NCBI GenBank assembly: GCA_903813345.2
Contig: CAIIXF020000001.1
Coordinates: 30,876,001 to 30,940,000 of the forward strand
Direction: 5' to 3'
From: Owenia fusiformis
Taxonomy: Eukaryota
Length of the DNA stretch: 64,000 bases
Shown piece after piece: positions 1 to 13,362 of the stretch; positions within the stretch are counted from its first letter, which is position 1, and each line of letters begins with the position of its first letter. A program made the position numbers and the translations under genes. The notes under the pieces were generated by a model. It was not told where the DNA came from and did not search any database. It saw only the letters and a list, made by a program, of their open reading frames with translations.

Positions 1-3000
1 GTTACCTGAAGATCTCCAGAGTGAACTTACTGTCCTTGAGGGTGATGAAGTTGCTATAACGACAGATAATATCCTGGCGCATGATAACGATACTGAGCCA
101 GAGTCACTTTCTTTCGTGATTGTACGTCATCCCATATATGGTGAAATTTTACATAAAAGTGGGGGAAGAATCAATCAGTTTTCTCTGAATGATGTTGAAG
201 AGGAACTTGTTGTGTATAAACATAGAGGTGATGAAATTGGCCCTGAGAACCAAGAAGATTCCATGACAATAATGGTCACTGATCAAGCAGCAGGATACCT
301 TGGAGCAAATCCATTATATGATCTAAACTTCCAAATTCTTCCAGTCAACAATCAAAGGCCAAACATTGTCCCTGGTCCTCCTATGTTTGTTAACGAAGGG
401 GAAAAGGTGAAGATTACTGATGAGGATCTTAGTGCACTTGATAGGGACACCAAAGCTGGTGATCTTGTGTTCAAGATAACCAAACAACCAGAATGGGGCA
501 TAATTGAAAACTCTGCATTGAATGATATAGATGGCAAATCAGTGAGAGAGTTCCGAATGATTGATATTCTGAATGGTGAAATAAGCTATATACAGTCGAA
601 CCATACTGGTTTTGAGCCACAGAGGGACAGCTTTGATGTCTATGTCCATGATGGACAGCTCACTTCACCCATTGTCTCAATCAGCATCACAATAATACCT
701 CAGAATGATGAAACTCCCGAGTTAGACGTTGAAAATCTGATCATCACAGAGGGCTCTGAGAAAATGATTGATCCTGGCATGATTAAAGTAAGAGATGATG
801 ACATCCCCAATCAAATCCTGACCCTATCTGTTGACACCACACCTCGACATGGGAAGCTTATGCTGATGCATGACCATGGGAGAGGTATGGTGGAGATGGC
901 CCTTCATGACGTAGATCTTGAGGAACTACAGAAAGATGTCCATCTTGTCTATAAACACGATGGCTCTGAAAACTTCAATGATGTCTTTACGCTTAAGGTG
1001 ACAGATGGAAAACATGAGGTCAAGAAATCTTCAACAGTGAGAGTTACGCCTATTAACGATGAAAAGCCTAAGGTCGTGAAAAACATGGGATTATACATAC
1101 AACGTGGAGGTTCTGGCCTCATCTCAAACTCTGTTCTCCAGACAAATGATAATGACACTCCAGATAATGAGACATATATTATACTGACTGAGACTCCCAA
1201 AAGAGGTGTGCTGCAGTATAGAATGGATGCCATCCCTGCACTATTGAGAACAGGCGGTTATAACGAACCCGACACATTTTGGCGAGAAGTGAATGTTGGA
1301 ACTAATTTTACCCAAGAGGATATTAACAGGAACCGCATTCGCTACACACTCACTAATCAAATAGAGGAAACCACATCGGACCAGTTCAGGTTTAAAGTGA
1401 CTGATGGTAATAACTACACCCCTGATGAGTATTTTGACATTGAAATAATAAATTCAAGAAGAGGAGGCTTGGGGATGCACAGCAGGATCTTAAAGGTTAG
1501 AGAACGAGATACAGCTATCATATCAAATGCCTACCTAAGTGCTAGTGATGAGATTTCACCTTCAGAGCTAATAGAGTACTTTGTAACGAAACCTACCAGT
1601 CAGGGCTGGCTTTCATTTAATACTGAGCCTAGTAAATCTATTACCAACTTTACGCAGCAAGATATTCAAGCTGAGAAACTCATTTACACTCACAACAGCA
1701 AAGCTGATATTACAACTGACTTCTTTTACTTCCTAGTTAAGAACAGCCTCAATGAAAAACAGAATGGGACATTTTACATAGAAATTGAAACAGTTGATGA
1801 AGCCCAACCTAGCCTCATCACAAATGTTCCCCTTGTAGCTTACCAAGACACCTATACAGTAATCACTTCCTCTAATCTGGCTGTGAGTGATCCTGATAGT
1901 GATATCTCCCTGCTCTTCTATCACATCAACAGGCACACACATTTCGGAAAACTCTATAATAGAGGTATAATGGTCAAGGAAAATTTCACCCAGTATGACA
2001 TTGATAATGGGTACATCACGTATAAAACAGATGATGAAAATGCGGATATGGACCATTTTGTATTCACTGTCAGTGATCCCAACAACAATGGATTCCTGAA
2101 GAATGGTACACTCCAACTGCGACCAGTCATGTTCAGCATACTCATTCACTCCATAAAGAACTTCCGCCCGATCATGCGTGTGAATAAAAAGCCAGATATG
2201 TTAGAGTCTATGCCACTGGGGAGGTTTGGCTACATTATAAGTAGTCGGTTCCTCCAGGCTGAGGATGCAGATACAAAGACAAGTAACTTACAGTATGTCA
2301 TCACTAAGATGCCTCAGCATGGTGTTCTGGAGAATGTCATCTCTCGCAGACAGGTGAAGCGGAAATTCACCCAGAAGGACATTAATGATGGCAATATTGC
2401 TTATGTCATAAAGGATGGTGCAAAGGAAACCAACGATTCGTTCATCTTCAAGGTGCAAGATACCAAAAAGAATGTGCTTTTGAACCAGAAGTAAGTGAAG
2501 TTAGTTGTTTATTGTATATGTACTGGTAAAGTTAATTAAAGGTGTAAAATCTAATGAACACAGCAGGAATAACACCTTCGATCATCAATCATTTGGTCAA
2601 AATCTGATTAGACTTTCAAATTAGCCACTCCATCATTTGGAAGTTGTTATTTGCTCAGTTTACTGACCTTTGGGGATTTCATGACATTTTGATGGTTGTA
2701 ATATTGGTATTATGAGTGGCTTTTATTGTTCATTTATTCAAATAGAGAATAGAAAATCCAATTTGTTTTTTGTAGGAAGACAAAATATGCATATTAGTGT
2801 ATTTTCTCAGATTTATCAACCAGGGGGTCATTAACAGAACTTTCGCAAATTTACAAATTCGCAAGTCAATTGTTAATTTTACGAATTTTGTAAAAGTGCA
2901 TTAACAGAACTTTCGTAAAGTTACGAATGATTCATGAAGTTACGAAAAAATGACGTCACATATGCTTTCGTTTGTAACTTTAATAGCACCTCAGACCCTT

Positions 3001-6000
3001 TCATAACTTTGCGAATGGCATATTTCTCATCCAATTCTTATGTAAGGTATATTGATTGGCAAAAAGAAATTGTTCTTTATATGCATGCTAAGTTTCAAGC
3101 TAAAATATCCACCTATTCTTACATGATAAGCAAATATGTTCCTGAGCTGGAAATCTTTGAAATCGCGGACTCAGGTTTAATCACAGCGCGCAATGATATC
3201 AAATGACATCATATTTTTTTTGTGCTAAATAATGATATAAGATGACGTCGTAAGTCATTCGTTACTTTTTAAATATTTACAATTTCATAAAGTTATGAAT
3301 TACGAATTCGTAACTTTGCGAAAGTTCTGTTTATGACCCCCAGTATATTATTAGATTGGTAGTTGTGTTATTGTAAACTTGAACACTTTGGAAGCCCAGT
3401 TTGAACCTCATGTTTGGCCTTTGCCTTTGATTTTCCTATGCCTATGATATTCTTTACATTTATGATGAATAACATGCATGTTCTTAACATAACCACTCAC
3501 TCCCAATTTTGTAATATCTGTTTTAGGTTTACATTGGAGTGGTCTTCCATCCAATTTATCAGTGCCACATACATGGTGTGCGAGAATATAGGTAGTCTGT
3601 CACTGGGGATAGTGCGCACAGGGGCCATGGACCAGACAGTGTTTGTAAGCCTCAAGACCAGAAGTATGACTGCCAAGAATGGGAGAGACTTTGAGCCAAG
3701 CAGAACTATACAGATACAGTTTGACCCTGGTAATTATGAGCTAAATGATCGGCAGGTTGAAATAAGCAGTGACTTGTGCAGATTGTCCACTAGTTGCTAT
3801 AGTTATGCTAATGAAAGCCTTATATTATATCATATAGTTTTTTCTCTCTGTTAAACTTTCATAATGATATAAGTGCTGATATAGTTTTTGATATGGCCAT
3901 TTTGAAAAGGAAGATGCAATATAGCGGAGTTCTCTGATTTGGGCCAGAACATTAAACAACTGGACGTATAAATACATATAAAGGCAGAATACATGGTCCT
4001 GACATTTGTTTTGACAGAATTGTTTTGTTTACAGGTGATGCTATGGTGAACTGGGATGTGACTATCATTGAAGATGACTTGGATGAAGAGAGTGAAAAGT
4101 TTAAAGTGTCATTAAAGGCACCTGTTAATGCAATGCTGGGCCAGAATGATAAGACAACTATTGAAATCATCAATGCTAAATATGGTATGAGAAATTATCA
4201 TGGTTCTGTGCACAGGAATATATGCCAAGTACTAAAATAGTACTCATGGCATATTAGCGCGAGTGCTCTAAATGAACACCTATGACATGAGTACTGATTT
4301 TTTGCATGTTTTAGTACTAAATGAGTGCTCATATGATGAGTGATTAAATAGCTGTAATTACATTGATTTTTTAGCGCTAAATTGGTACTCATATCATGAA
4401 TTAGTACTAGATTAGCACTCGTGACATGAGTGCTCATGAGCACACTTTTGCCAGAGTGCTAATTTACTACTAATTGCGTAATCGGCATATCTCCCTGTGT
4501 GTAGTTAAAGATTCTCGCAATCTTTATCCAATCAGCGTTTGCGAGTGTGTCGGCTCACGTATAAAAGGCGAATCCAACTCAAATCCATGCAGGGGTGTAT
4601 GAGGTACTCAAATAGGAAAGAGCTCGTGAAATCTGAATTTATATGCACATGGTCAATGTTTACACATGTTTGGAGTTATTGAAGAAAATGTGATATGGGT
4701 GTGGTTCCGAATTTGAAGTCATTGCTGGAAAATATGATTTTAATACGTGAAATTATATCTATAAATACAGCACTAAAAATAACAGTACACGTGAAGTACA
4801 TGTATGATTGTGTCAAGAAATGTTTGAAACCCTTACAGAAAATTCTGTCTGCATTTTGTCACCATTGCTCTTTCTTCCCGCATTCTAGTGCTGTTTGAAT
4901 GAATATATTAATTAATGTATTTCTAACTAAAATATATCACATTTTTTTATAAACCACAAACATTTAGATCATAAAAAAAATATTCAATACTTGAGTGAGC
5001 ACGATATGCAAGGGTTACTAAGTTGACACAGTAAATGACCACTGTTATTGTGTTAGCAAATATGTATTAGCAGAATACGCTGTGTGCATGGACTAACACC
5101 CCTCACTTTCATAGTGAAGTGACTAATTGGTTTATGTTTACGTTTTAATGTGTTTTGGGTTCCTTGTTACATCAAGGGGGGCCAGTAAAGTAGACTAACA
5201 TGTTTGCATGGCAAATTTTGATCGAATATGTGAGACACTTTAAAGAAGTGTGTGTAGTTTAATGAAGTCAAGATAACTGGAATGTTAAGACATCTATACT
5301 GAGAGGAAGTCAAGCCAGAATAACACCTATAAATGAAGTAAAATTAGACACAATAACTCCAATATTAACTTCCAGATTATAAGTAAAGAAGAACTGGTAT
5401 ACCAAAAAGAGAAATATATGCTATATGACTATACAAAAATATACAAAAGCAGAAAGTTAATATTTACTATACCATGATGATTGTTTTTCTTTATACTCAT
5501 ATTGTTCTTAATATCATAGGTGAATGCCCAGAGTACATAGGTATGATCAGTAAGGACCATCCCCACCTCCCCATGCAGTTCATTCCTCATGCCCATGGCA
5601 CCGTCAACAGCAAGACAAGCACCATCCTTCTCTCTGTGAGTACAATCACTTATACTATTCTCTATAATAGAAGGGGTTTACTAATATATATATCTTTTAT
5701 TGACTCTTAGAATGTCATGGTATGACATATTAGTCAATCTAAGTAGTTAGAATACATGTATATTTGTTACAAGCACACTATTGATAGGTATATCTTACCT
5801 GTTACCAAATATGACATTTCAGATATTATTTACCTCATAGATGCTAAACACTAAAACAAACTTTGATTTAATTTCACTGACAATACATTACTTTCAATTG
5901 GCCAAATGTTAATATAATAGTTCACCCTGTTTTAAATTTTACTGACAAATAATTACATTGTATGTTCAGCGACAATACCAGTGTTAAAAATACTGAATAT

Positions 6001-8667
6001 GACCTCTAATACAATAGATGTACTTCTATTGTATGAAGTACAGTTCTTATAATTCTTCATTTGATTTGATTTACTTTTCTGTAGATGACAATAAAGTATG
6101 AACTTGTGGTATGTACTTCATTCCATTGTCCAGAACACTACAGTCCTCTTTTGTATCCCCATCACAATTCTGTTGTTTTTGAATTTCACGTTTTCAACCA
6201 CATGATGTTTTAATATTTTCTCACTGCTGCTCATTTGCTCATATAGTGTCCCACTCTTGGCTCACCCTGTATATACAATTATAATGCACACATCAAACCG
6301 ATAATGACATTATGTAACACTTCTGTCAGTCTCTAACATGTATTAATAACATATTTATACTTTCCAGATGATAAATAAAACTATAACTGGTGATGATGAC
6401 AATGGCAAAGAGAAAACAAATACAGATGGTTTCGAAAAGGAGGATGCAGAGATTAAGCAAGTTGGTGCAATTAACCCAGAACTTGCTAACCTAGACCCCT
6501 ATATATCAGTTTTTGATATGAAACCTAGTGCAGCTGAACCTACAAAGCAACCCACTAAGAGAAAGAAAGGCAAGGGGAAGAAACATCGACGTAAGCATGC
6601 TGGGACAGATGGACGAAGCAGAGGGAAACGAAAAAAAGGGAAAGGCAAGAAAAGGAAAGAAAAGGTCAAAATGCCTGAAGTAGAGCCTGCAACATTTGGT
6701 GAACTTGATGAAGCACAGAATACTGATGAACATACCATACCAATGCCACATGATCATCCAAATTTTGGTAAACACGAAACTGAAGCCATTGATTCCAAAA
6801 TTGATAAAAAGGATTTTGATATATTTAAAGCTGGTGTGTTTACAGGGGATCCATTCACAGAGGAAATGCTTCCCGAAGTACACACTGATAAATTTGATAG
6901 AGATATGGTATCCACTGAGGCTGATCTCAATGAGGATACCACTGAGGAAGATGGTGTGACAGTAGAAACAGGAGATCTGCTTCCTACTGCATTTCCAGAA
7001 TATATTGTGACACAAGACAATCCCAAAAATGTTAAAATTCCTATTCATAACTTCGAAACAATTGAAAACAAAGACTTTTTGGACTTTAACACCCCAACAG
7101 AAGTGGATGAGAAAAAGAAGAAGACAAAGAAGAAAGGAAAGGGGAAAAAGAAGATGAAAACAAAAGAATCAAAAAGTATATTATCTCAGAATGATATGAA
7201 AGATAAAATTCAAAATGAGCAAGAAATAAATGTAAGTTTACAAGTAGTTATCCTATGTGCAAGCTCTTCACTATTTTGATATGATCCAATTATGGCATAT
7301 AAGAAACAACAAATATTAGAAGCAAACTAGTATTAACTATAAGAATCATTAGATACATTGATACAAAGCATGATTTAATTCTCATGTGTAGGCTATCATA
7401 TTGAAAACATCTTAAGAGATTCTAACATACCCAAACTTATATTATATAGCAATGTTATAGCAATGTGATTGTGTGTGTGTTTTCAGGCTCCCCAAAGTTG
7501 TAATGAGGCCACTAAGGGACTGTTACATTTTGACTTTACGACTCAGCGTTTGTTCCGCTGTAGTGGTGTAAGCTGGTTGCCTTGGCATGCTAGCCATATA
7601 GACCAACCACAGGCCTCTGATAGCAGGGTTATACAATGTGAACAGGGTAAGAAATGATTATTTTGATTAGAAACCGCCACAATACATGTATGTAAGGAAC
7701 AATTTAAGGTAGAGAGACTAAAGAAAAAAGTTGACACAATGACTTTTTTGGCTTACAACATTCAATTCCATGACTTTTTCTTGAATATTTAACTGTTTTG
7801 AACTTATTTTGTAAAGGATTTCGCATCCCTCCTTTTACACTCTATTTTTTGCTGCCACTGAATAACTGCCTAATTTACATTATTCAGAGCTAGTACAGTA
7901 TTCATTGCTTTTTATCCATTAGGGTGGAGTGTATACAATAGTGTGTGCTACAGAGTATTTTCAATCAAGAAGGAGTGGAATGAAGCAGAGAAGATCTGCC
8001 AGGTGGAACATGGCGGCCATCTTGCTTCTGTCACATCAGAAAAACATCTTCATTGGTTGGCAAAACTAGCCAACAAAAACATGTTTTGGATAGGTTCGTA
8101 ATGAAATAGCAGTGTGAAGGTTTTGACTGATATTGAATATAAGAAATGTGTATCTTGATCTTAGCTCTTTTACAAGTTGGCCTACAAGATGACATCGGTA
8201 AATCAATCCAACAATTTTCTCATTAAGGCTGCCTTAAATACTGGTTATTTACATTAAAAAATTAAATGAAAGATACATTGTCCTGCGAATATCATATGTG
8301 TTTTACATGGAGATAAATATTTACTTTACCATATTATGAAGCAACAATTCAACACAATCCCCTAAAGATCATATTCACATAGTAAATTATTGTGAGTAGC
8401 AAAATTATGCAATTATAAACAACAATGGTCTAGTATGGATACATTGATTCATGTTTGAATACTATTCCAGGTCTGAATGATAAGCGTGAGTTGAAGCAAT
8501 GGGAATATACCAGTGAAAACGAAGTGACTTATATGAATTGGAGAAGAGGCTTCCCCAGAAACAAACAAGTGTTCCATAAAAACTGTGTTCTGGTTTTGTC
8601 TTCACAAAAGTGGGTCAATAGACCATGTGTAAAGAGTAAAGCTCCATATATATGTTCCAAAAAGTAA
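1..8667 (+). CDS. FREM1: FRAS1-related extracellular matrix protein 1 (FREM1/QBRICK)-like, 5' truncated by the window edge
   Basis: Exons <1-2490, 3527-3729, 4035-4184, 5520-5635, 6368-7231, 7487-7646, 7923-8093, 8471-8667, all GT-AG with matching phases. Encodes tandem CSPG/cadherin-like repeats (FTQ.DI..G.I.Y), one Calx-beta domain (CENIGSLSLGIVRTG...EDDLDEESEKFKV), a CNEATKGLLHFD...CSGVSW segment and a terminal C-type lectin (FWIGLND...WVNRPC...YIC). One Calx-beta plus a C-type lectin is the FREM1 layout. RGD at 224-232. Confidence 0.9.
2824..3340. mobile_element. PIF/Harbinger-type MITE in a FREM1 intron
   Basis: About 40-bp terminal inverted repeats GGGGTCATTAACAGAACTTTCGCAAA / TTTGCGAAAGTTCTGTTTATGACCCC, flanked by CAG on both sides (2821-2823, 3341-3343). 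CWG duplications are known for animal Harbingers. Confidence 0.75.
4206..4504. mobile_element. Degenerate MITE, superfamily unassigned
   Basis: Imperfect inverted ends CACAGGAATATATGCC / GGCATATCTCCCTGTG and internal reiterated GAGTRCTC and TAGTACTA motifs. Confidence 0.5.
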
Positions 8668-10443
8668 TTGTATATAGATGTATTATGTCCCCACACTTGC
8701 CACCAAGCTTCTATTTATTGAGTTTTTGTACATTTCAAAAGATGTCATGTTAGTCAAATGCATCTCTTGTAAATTCTTGAAACTGGATTATAGTTTTTGG
8801 TTGGCACAGTTTTGTAATGTTTTTTAATGTTTTCTCAAATCTTTTACATAATCTCTCAGCATAATTTAGTTTTGAAACATTTTGATTTGATGAATATTTA
8901 CCTGAAAGCAATGAAGACAACAATTTAATTGATCTGTATGTACAGGTATATGCATTGCTTTATGTTTGTAGCACCTTTCATTCTGCATTTTATCTTGTGC
9001 CTCAATAATCTGAATATCCAAAAGCAAAAAGGAAATTGATGCTACTTTTTATATTGACTTGTATGACATCTTTTGAATTCCTATACATGTATGTAAGCAA
9101 TGTTTATATTGCAACTGTAAATACTTTAGAGGATGGAATTTCACAAAATGGTGGAAATACCAAACAGTATGTATATATAGAGTTGACTAAAATATTGTTA
9201 AAACTTTAATAGATGATATTGATCGTCATTACTTTGTGTCGCAGCATAAATCAATATATGGTTATGTAGAATATATACAAGTGAAACAAAACAAAAATAA
9301 ATTGGTATCGAACTAGTGAAATATTGTTGGAATCTTTTTTTTGAAGAAATTGAGTTTGAAATCTTGACTACTGGTAATTAGTTATTGTGAATCATTTGTT
9401 ATGCTTTTACAGTGGCCCAGATTATTTTTGATTTACAATATACTAAACTAAATATACAAGACACACATTTAAGAATACCTTTTTTATTCAGCATCTTAAA
9501 TAAGTTTAGATTATTATTGAATTAAGATGAAAGCATATTTGTGTTAAAAGTGAGATGAAGCGTATTTAAGGTGAAGATTAAGAAAAGGGCCAGAAAAGAA
9601 TGTTCTTGTGTATGGTCATCAAAGAAATGGTAGTATTTGTTATTTTTAAGAAATAACAAAAAAATTTTGCAAGTTGTTAGAATACTTTGAAGGGTGTTAG
9701 ACAGATTAATATATCAGAAATGGAAGCATTATATCATTTTGTTTTTATGCCTTTAAATAAGTATTTTAATTTTTTACCAATATTGTATGTTTTAACAGGG
9801 ACAAGACCTCACTACTTATTTCTGGCAAATTGGCCCATCAGCCAGGTGGCCAGAAAGACTATTTCATGGCCTATATTAATGTGCAGATACTATGTGCAGT
9901 GCAAGATAAAATTGATATATATTGTCTGATATGTTTTGTTTCACATAGTTCAATATCTGTAAGGTAGTCTCTGTTATATATATTATTGTTGTAAACAGGT
10001 ACATGTATTTACTGGTACCAACTATATTGCGCTAAACAATCTTTATAATAACAGAAGTATATACGAGTATTGTAGAAATGCTATACAGTGAGGCATATTT
10101 ATGTTTTGAAGTAAGTGATATGCTCAAATGTACATTTCTGCATTATTTAGACTTTACACATACCTATAGTCCTGTACATTAGAGATTTCCTCGTTTCATT
10201 AAATTCTAAAGCAAAGTAAATGGACACTAGAATTCAATATTTGAGAATTGATATATCCATTATATTCTGATAATGATGTACTGAGAAAAAACCTTTTTCA
10301 GTCTGGACAGAACCTGAAATTTAAATTACTCAAATTCCTTATTGAGAATAGTTCCAACAGGTTGTGTGTAAGACTGTTACAAGGCACTGGTATCTGACTA
10401 TGTGTTTGATTGCATATTTATGAGATGTATATCTTAATGTGAG

Positions 10444-10648
10444 AATAAACATGTAAATTGTAAACAATTTGAGATGTGATATATATTTTTGATGTTGATA
10501 TCTTTATCCAAAAGTTTAAACATATAGGCTTCATCCAGTAATCAATATTAGCACAAACCTAGAAGTATTTATTCAGCTGATATTTTCGACTGACAAAACA
10601 AATAAACAGTTTTTATTTCACAACTTTATGAATAATCTACTTTTTATT
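10444..10648. promoter_or_regulatory. Cluster of opposing polyadenylation signals between the convergent FREM1-like and ADAMTS genes
   Basis: AATAAA (+) at 10444 and 10601; TTTATT (AATAAA on -) at 10568, 10612 and 10643. Base skew changes from T/G-rich to A/C-rich here. Confidence 0.45.
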
Positions 10649-10845
10649 TACAACTATGTATAGTATAATAATATCATGATCTATAAATACATGTCTATAA
10701 CTTTACAACATCTGATGTAAAAGATAAATTGATGAACAATGTGTTAAATGCAAGTATGTATAGATAAATATCAATGAAATATAATATAATAATAACTAGA
10801 TTGGTAAATTGAACAAAGTTCAATTTAAGACTCCAGATTGATTTA

Positions 10846-11055
10846 CTTGAGTAAAGAGTTGAGTAAGTAACTGAGTAGGAAGCTGAGTAAGTAGATAATT
10901 AAGTAATTGAGTAAGTAGCTGAGTAGGTAGCTGAGTAAGCAGCTGAGCAGGTAGCTGAGTAAGTAGCTGAGTAGGTAGCTGAGTAAGTAGCTGAGTAGGT
11001 AGCTGAGTAGGTAGCTAAGTAGGTAGCCGAGTAGGTAAGTAGGTAGGTAAGTAGG
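10846..11055. repeat. 12-bp minisatellite (GCTGAGTARGTA)n decaying to (GGTA)n
   Basis: Directly visible tandem copies. Confidence 0.9.
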
Positions 11056-11059
11056 AATT

Positions 11060-12830
11060 TTTGACCGGAAGTCGGATTGAAATTTGGTTTGCAGATTTAA
11101 ATTCCTGATAAAATTCTACCCTTAATTCATAACTCATAAGTTAAATTATGAGAACTTTTTATTTTGACCTACTTTACGAACACCATATCTCAAAAGTGGG
11201 TCAAAATACTTTCTGATGGCAAAAGGCTCTCACTATAAGCACACTCTTTGCTACCTGTATACAAAATGTTGAAGCAAATCCTAAAAGTGTAGTGCCAGAA
11301 ACGAAAAAATAAGGAAAAACTATGAATTTGACCTAGATTTTGACCTAGGCATTTTGGTGTCCAAATATTGAAACTAGGTAGCTTTTGAGGTCCCCTTCTT
11401 TTATCGGAATTCATTATCTTAAGTCAGGATACCATCAGATCGATTTTCCGAAATTTCAAAACGCCATAACTTCCGAACCGGGAGTCGGATCGAAATTTGA
11501 TTTAATGATTCGGATTCCTGACAAAATTCTACCCCTAATTCATAACTCATACGTTAAATTTGGCGAATTTTTATTTTGACCTACTTTTCGGACACGCCAT
11601 AACTTTGGAACCGGAAGTCGGATCGAAATTTGGTTTGCAGATTCGGATTCCCGAGAAAATTCTACTCTTAATTCATAACTCATATGTTAAATTTGGAGAA
11701 TTTTTTATTTTGACCTACTTTTCGGACACCATATCTCAAAAGTGGGTCAAAATACTCTCTGACGGCAAAAGGCTAACACTATTAGCACACTCTTTGCTAC
11801 CTGTATACAAAATTTTGAAGCAAATCCTAAAAGTGTAGTGCAAGAATCGCAAAAATAAGGAAAAACTATGAATTTGACCTAGATTTTGACCTAGGCATTT
11901 TGGTGTCCAAATATTGAAACTAGGTAGCTTTTGAGGTCCCCTTCTTTTAGAGGAATTCATTATCTTAAGCTGTACTCAATCTATATCTCGTATTTTACAC
12001 TTCAAAAAAATCTTTTTTCCTTGACTTTCTATCAGGATAACATCAGATCGTTTTTTCTCGAAATTTCAAAACGCCATAACTTTCAAACAAGAAGTCGGAT
12101 TGAAATTTGGTTTGCAGATTCGGATTCCTGACAAAATTCTACCCCTAATTCATATCTCATACGTTAAATTTGGCGAATTTTTATTTTGACCTACTTTTTG
12201 GACACGCCATAACTTCGGAACCGGAAGTCGGGTCGAAATTTGGTTTGCAGATTCGGATTTCTAGGAAAATTCTACTCTTAATTCATAACTCAAACATTAA
12301 ATTTGGAGAACTTTTTATTTTGACCTATATTTCGGACACCACATCTCAAAAGTGGGTCAAAATACTTTCTGACGGCAAAAGGCTAACGCTATTAGCACAC
12401 TCTTGGCTACATGTATACACAATTTCGAAGAATATAATTAAAGTGTAGTGTCAGAATCGAAAAAATAAGGAAAACCTATGAATTTGACCTAGATTTTGAC
12501 CTAGGCATTTTGGTGTCCAAATTTTGAAGCTAGATGGCTTTTGAGGTCCCCTTCTTATAAAGGCTTTGATTATGTGAAGCTGAACTCAGTCTATATTCCG
12601 TATTTTTCACTTCAAAAAAATCTTTTTTCCCATTGACTTAACATGGGCACCAAATTTAGCGATTTTTGAGTTTTCAAAACGCCATAACTTCCGAACCGGA
12701 AATCGGATCGAAATTTGGTTTGCATATTCAGATTCCTGAGAAAATTCTACACTTATTTCATAGCTCATATGTTAAATTTGGCTAACTTTTTAGTTTGACC
12801 TACTTTCCGGACGCCATATCTCAAAATCGG
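11060..12830. repeat. Higher-order tandem repeat of 546-610 bp units containing ~133-bp subunits
   Basis: Subunit CGCCATAACTT...ACCGGAAGTCGGATCGAAATTTGG recurs near 11064, 11462, 11595, 12072, 12205 and 12680. Duplicated spurious ORFs are offset by 546 and 610 bp. Confidence 0.9.
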
Positions 12831-13167
12831 TAAGAGTAATCAAAAAACGGATGGCATATCCTCGATTTGTTTTTTTCTAAGCTACACAATGAGATGTACA
12901 TCCAGGTGTTTCGATAAATAATGGCGAAGATAATTGACAGAATGTTAAAAATGTAAGATTTGACCTAGTTCTTAACCTTTGACCTAGATAAAAAGTTGAC
13001 CTAATTTCCCAGAAACTAGGTCGATGGGCTATGTTAGCCATGTAAGTAGGTTAAACTAAGCTCTTCTAGTTGCTGAGAAAACGTGTACGGAAAGAAAGAA
13101 AGAATAATAATAAGAAAACTGGCAAAAGCAATAGACTCCAGATTTTCATCTGGAGTCTAATAATACA

Positions 13168-13362
13168 GGCAATATATTTGGACCCTACAAATCATTTAAA
13201 TAATATATACATTCAAAGCATTTTAGCTTCCAATTTTTATTCTAGGTATATTTGGGGGAGGGACATGTGTGAGAGCAATACAGTTTATCTGGACCTTACA
13301 AATCATTTAAATTATATATACATTCAAAGCTTCCGATTTTTATTCTAGGTATATTGGGGTGG
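13168..13362. repeat. Short direct duplication (~100 bp) followed by poly-G
   Basis: GGACCYTACAAATCATTTAAAT...ATTCTAGGTATA occurs twice. Confidence 0.7.

Larger units (their letters stand above)
10824..13162. mobile_element. Non-autonomous Helentron/Helitron2-type (HINE/DINE-like) element with internal tandem arrays
   Basis: AGACTCCAGAT at 10828 is repeated in a 12-bp-stem hairpin TAGACTCCAGAT-TTTC-ATCTGGAGTCTA at 13132-13159. A GAAA/AAT microsatellite precedes the hairpin. Internal minisatellite and long tandem units; no obvious target duplication. Confidence 0.65.

Noticed and set aside
11190..12448. Repeated 64-92 aa ORFs
   Set aside because: They are by-products of the tandem repeat, with no splice signals or domain features.
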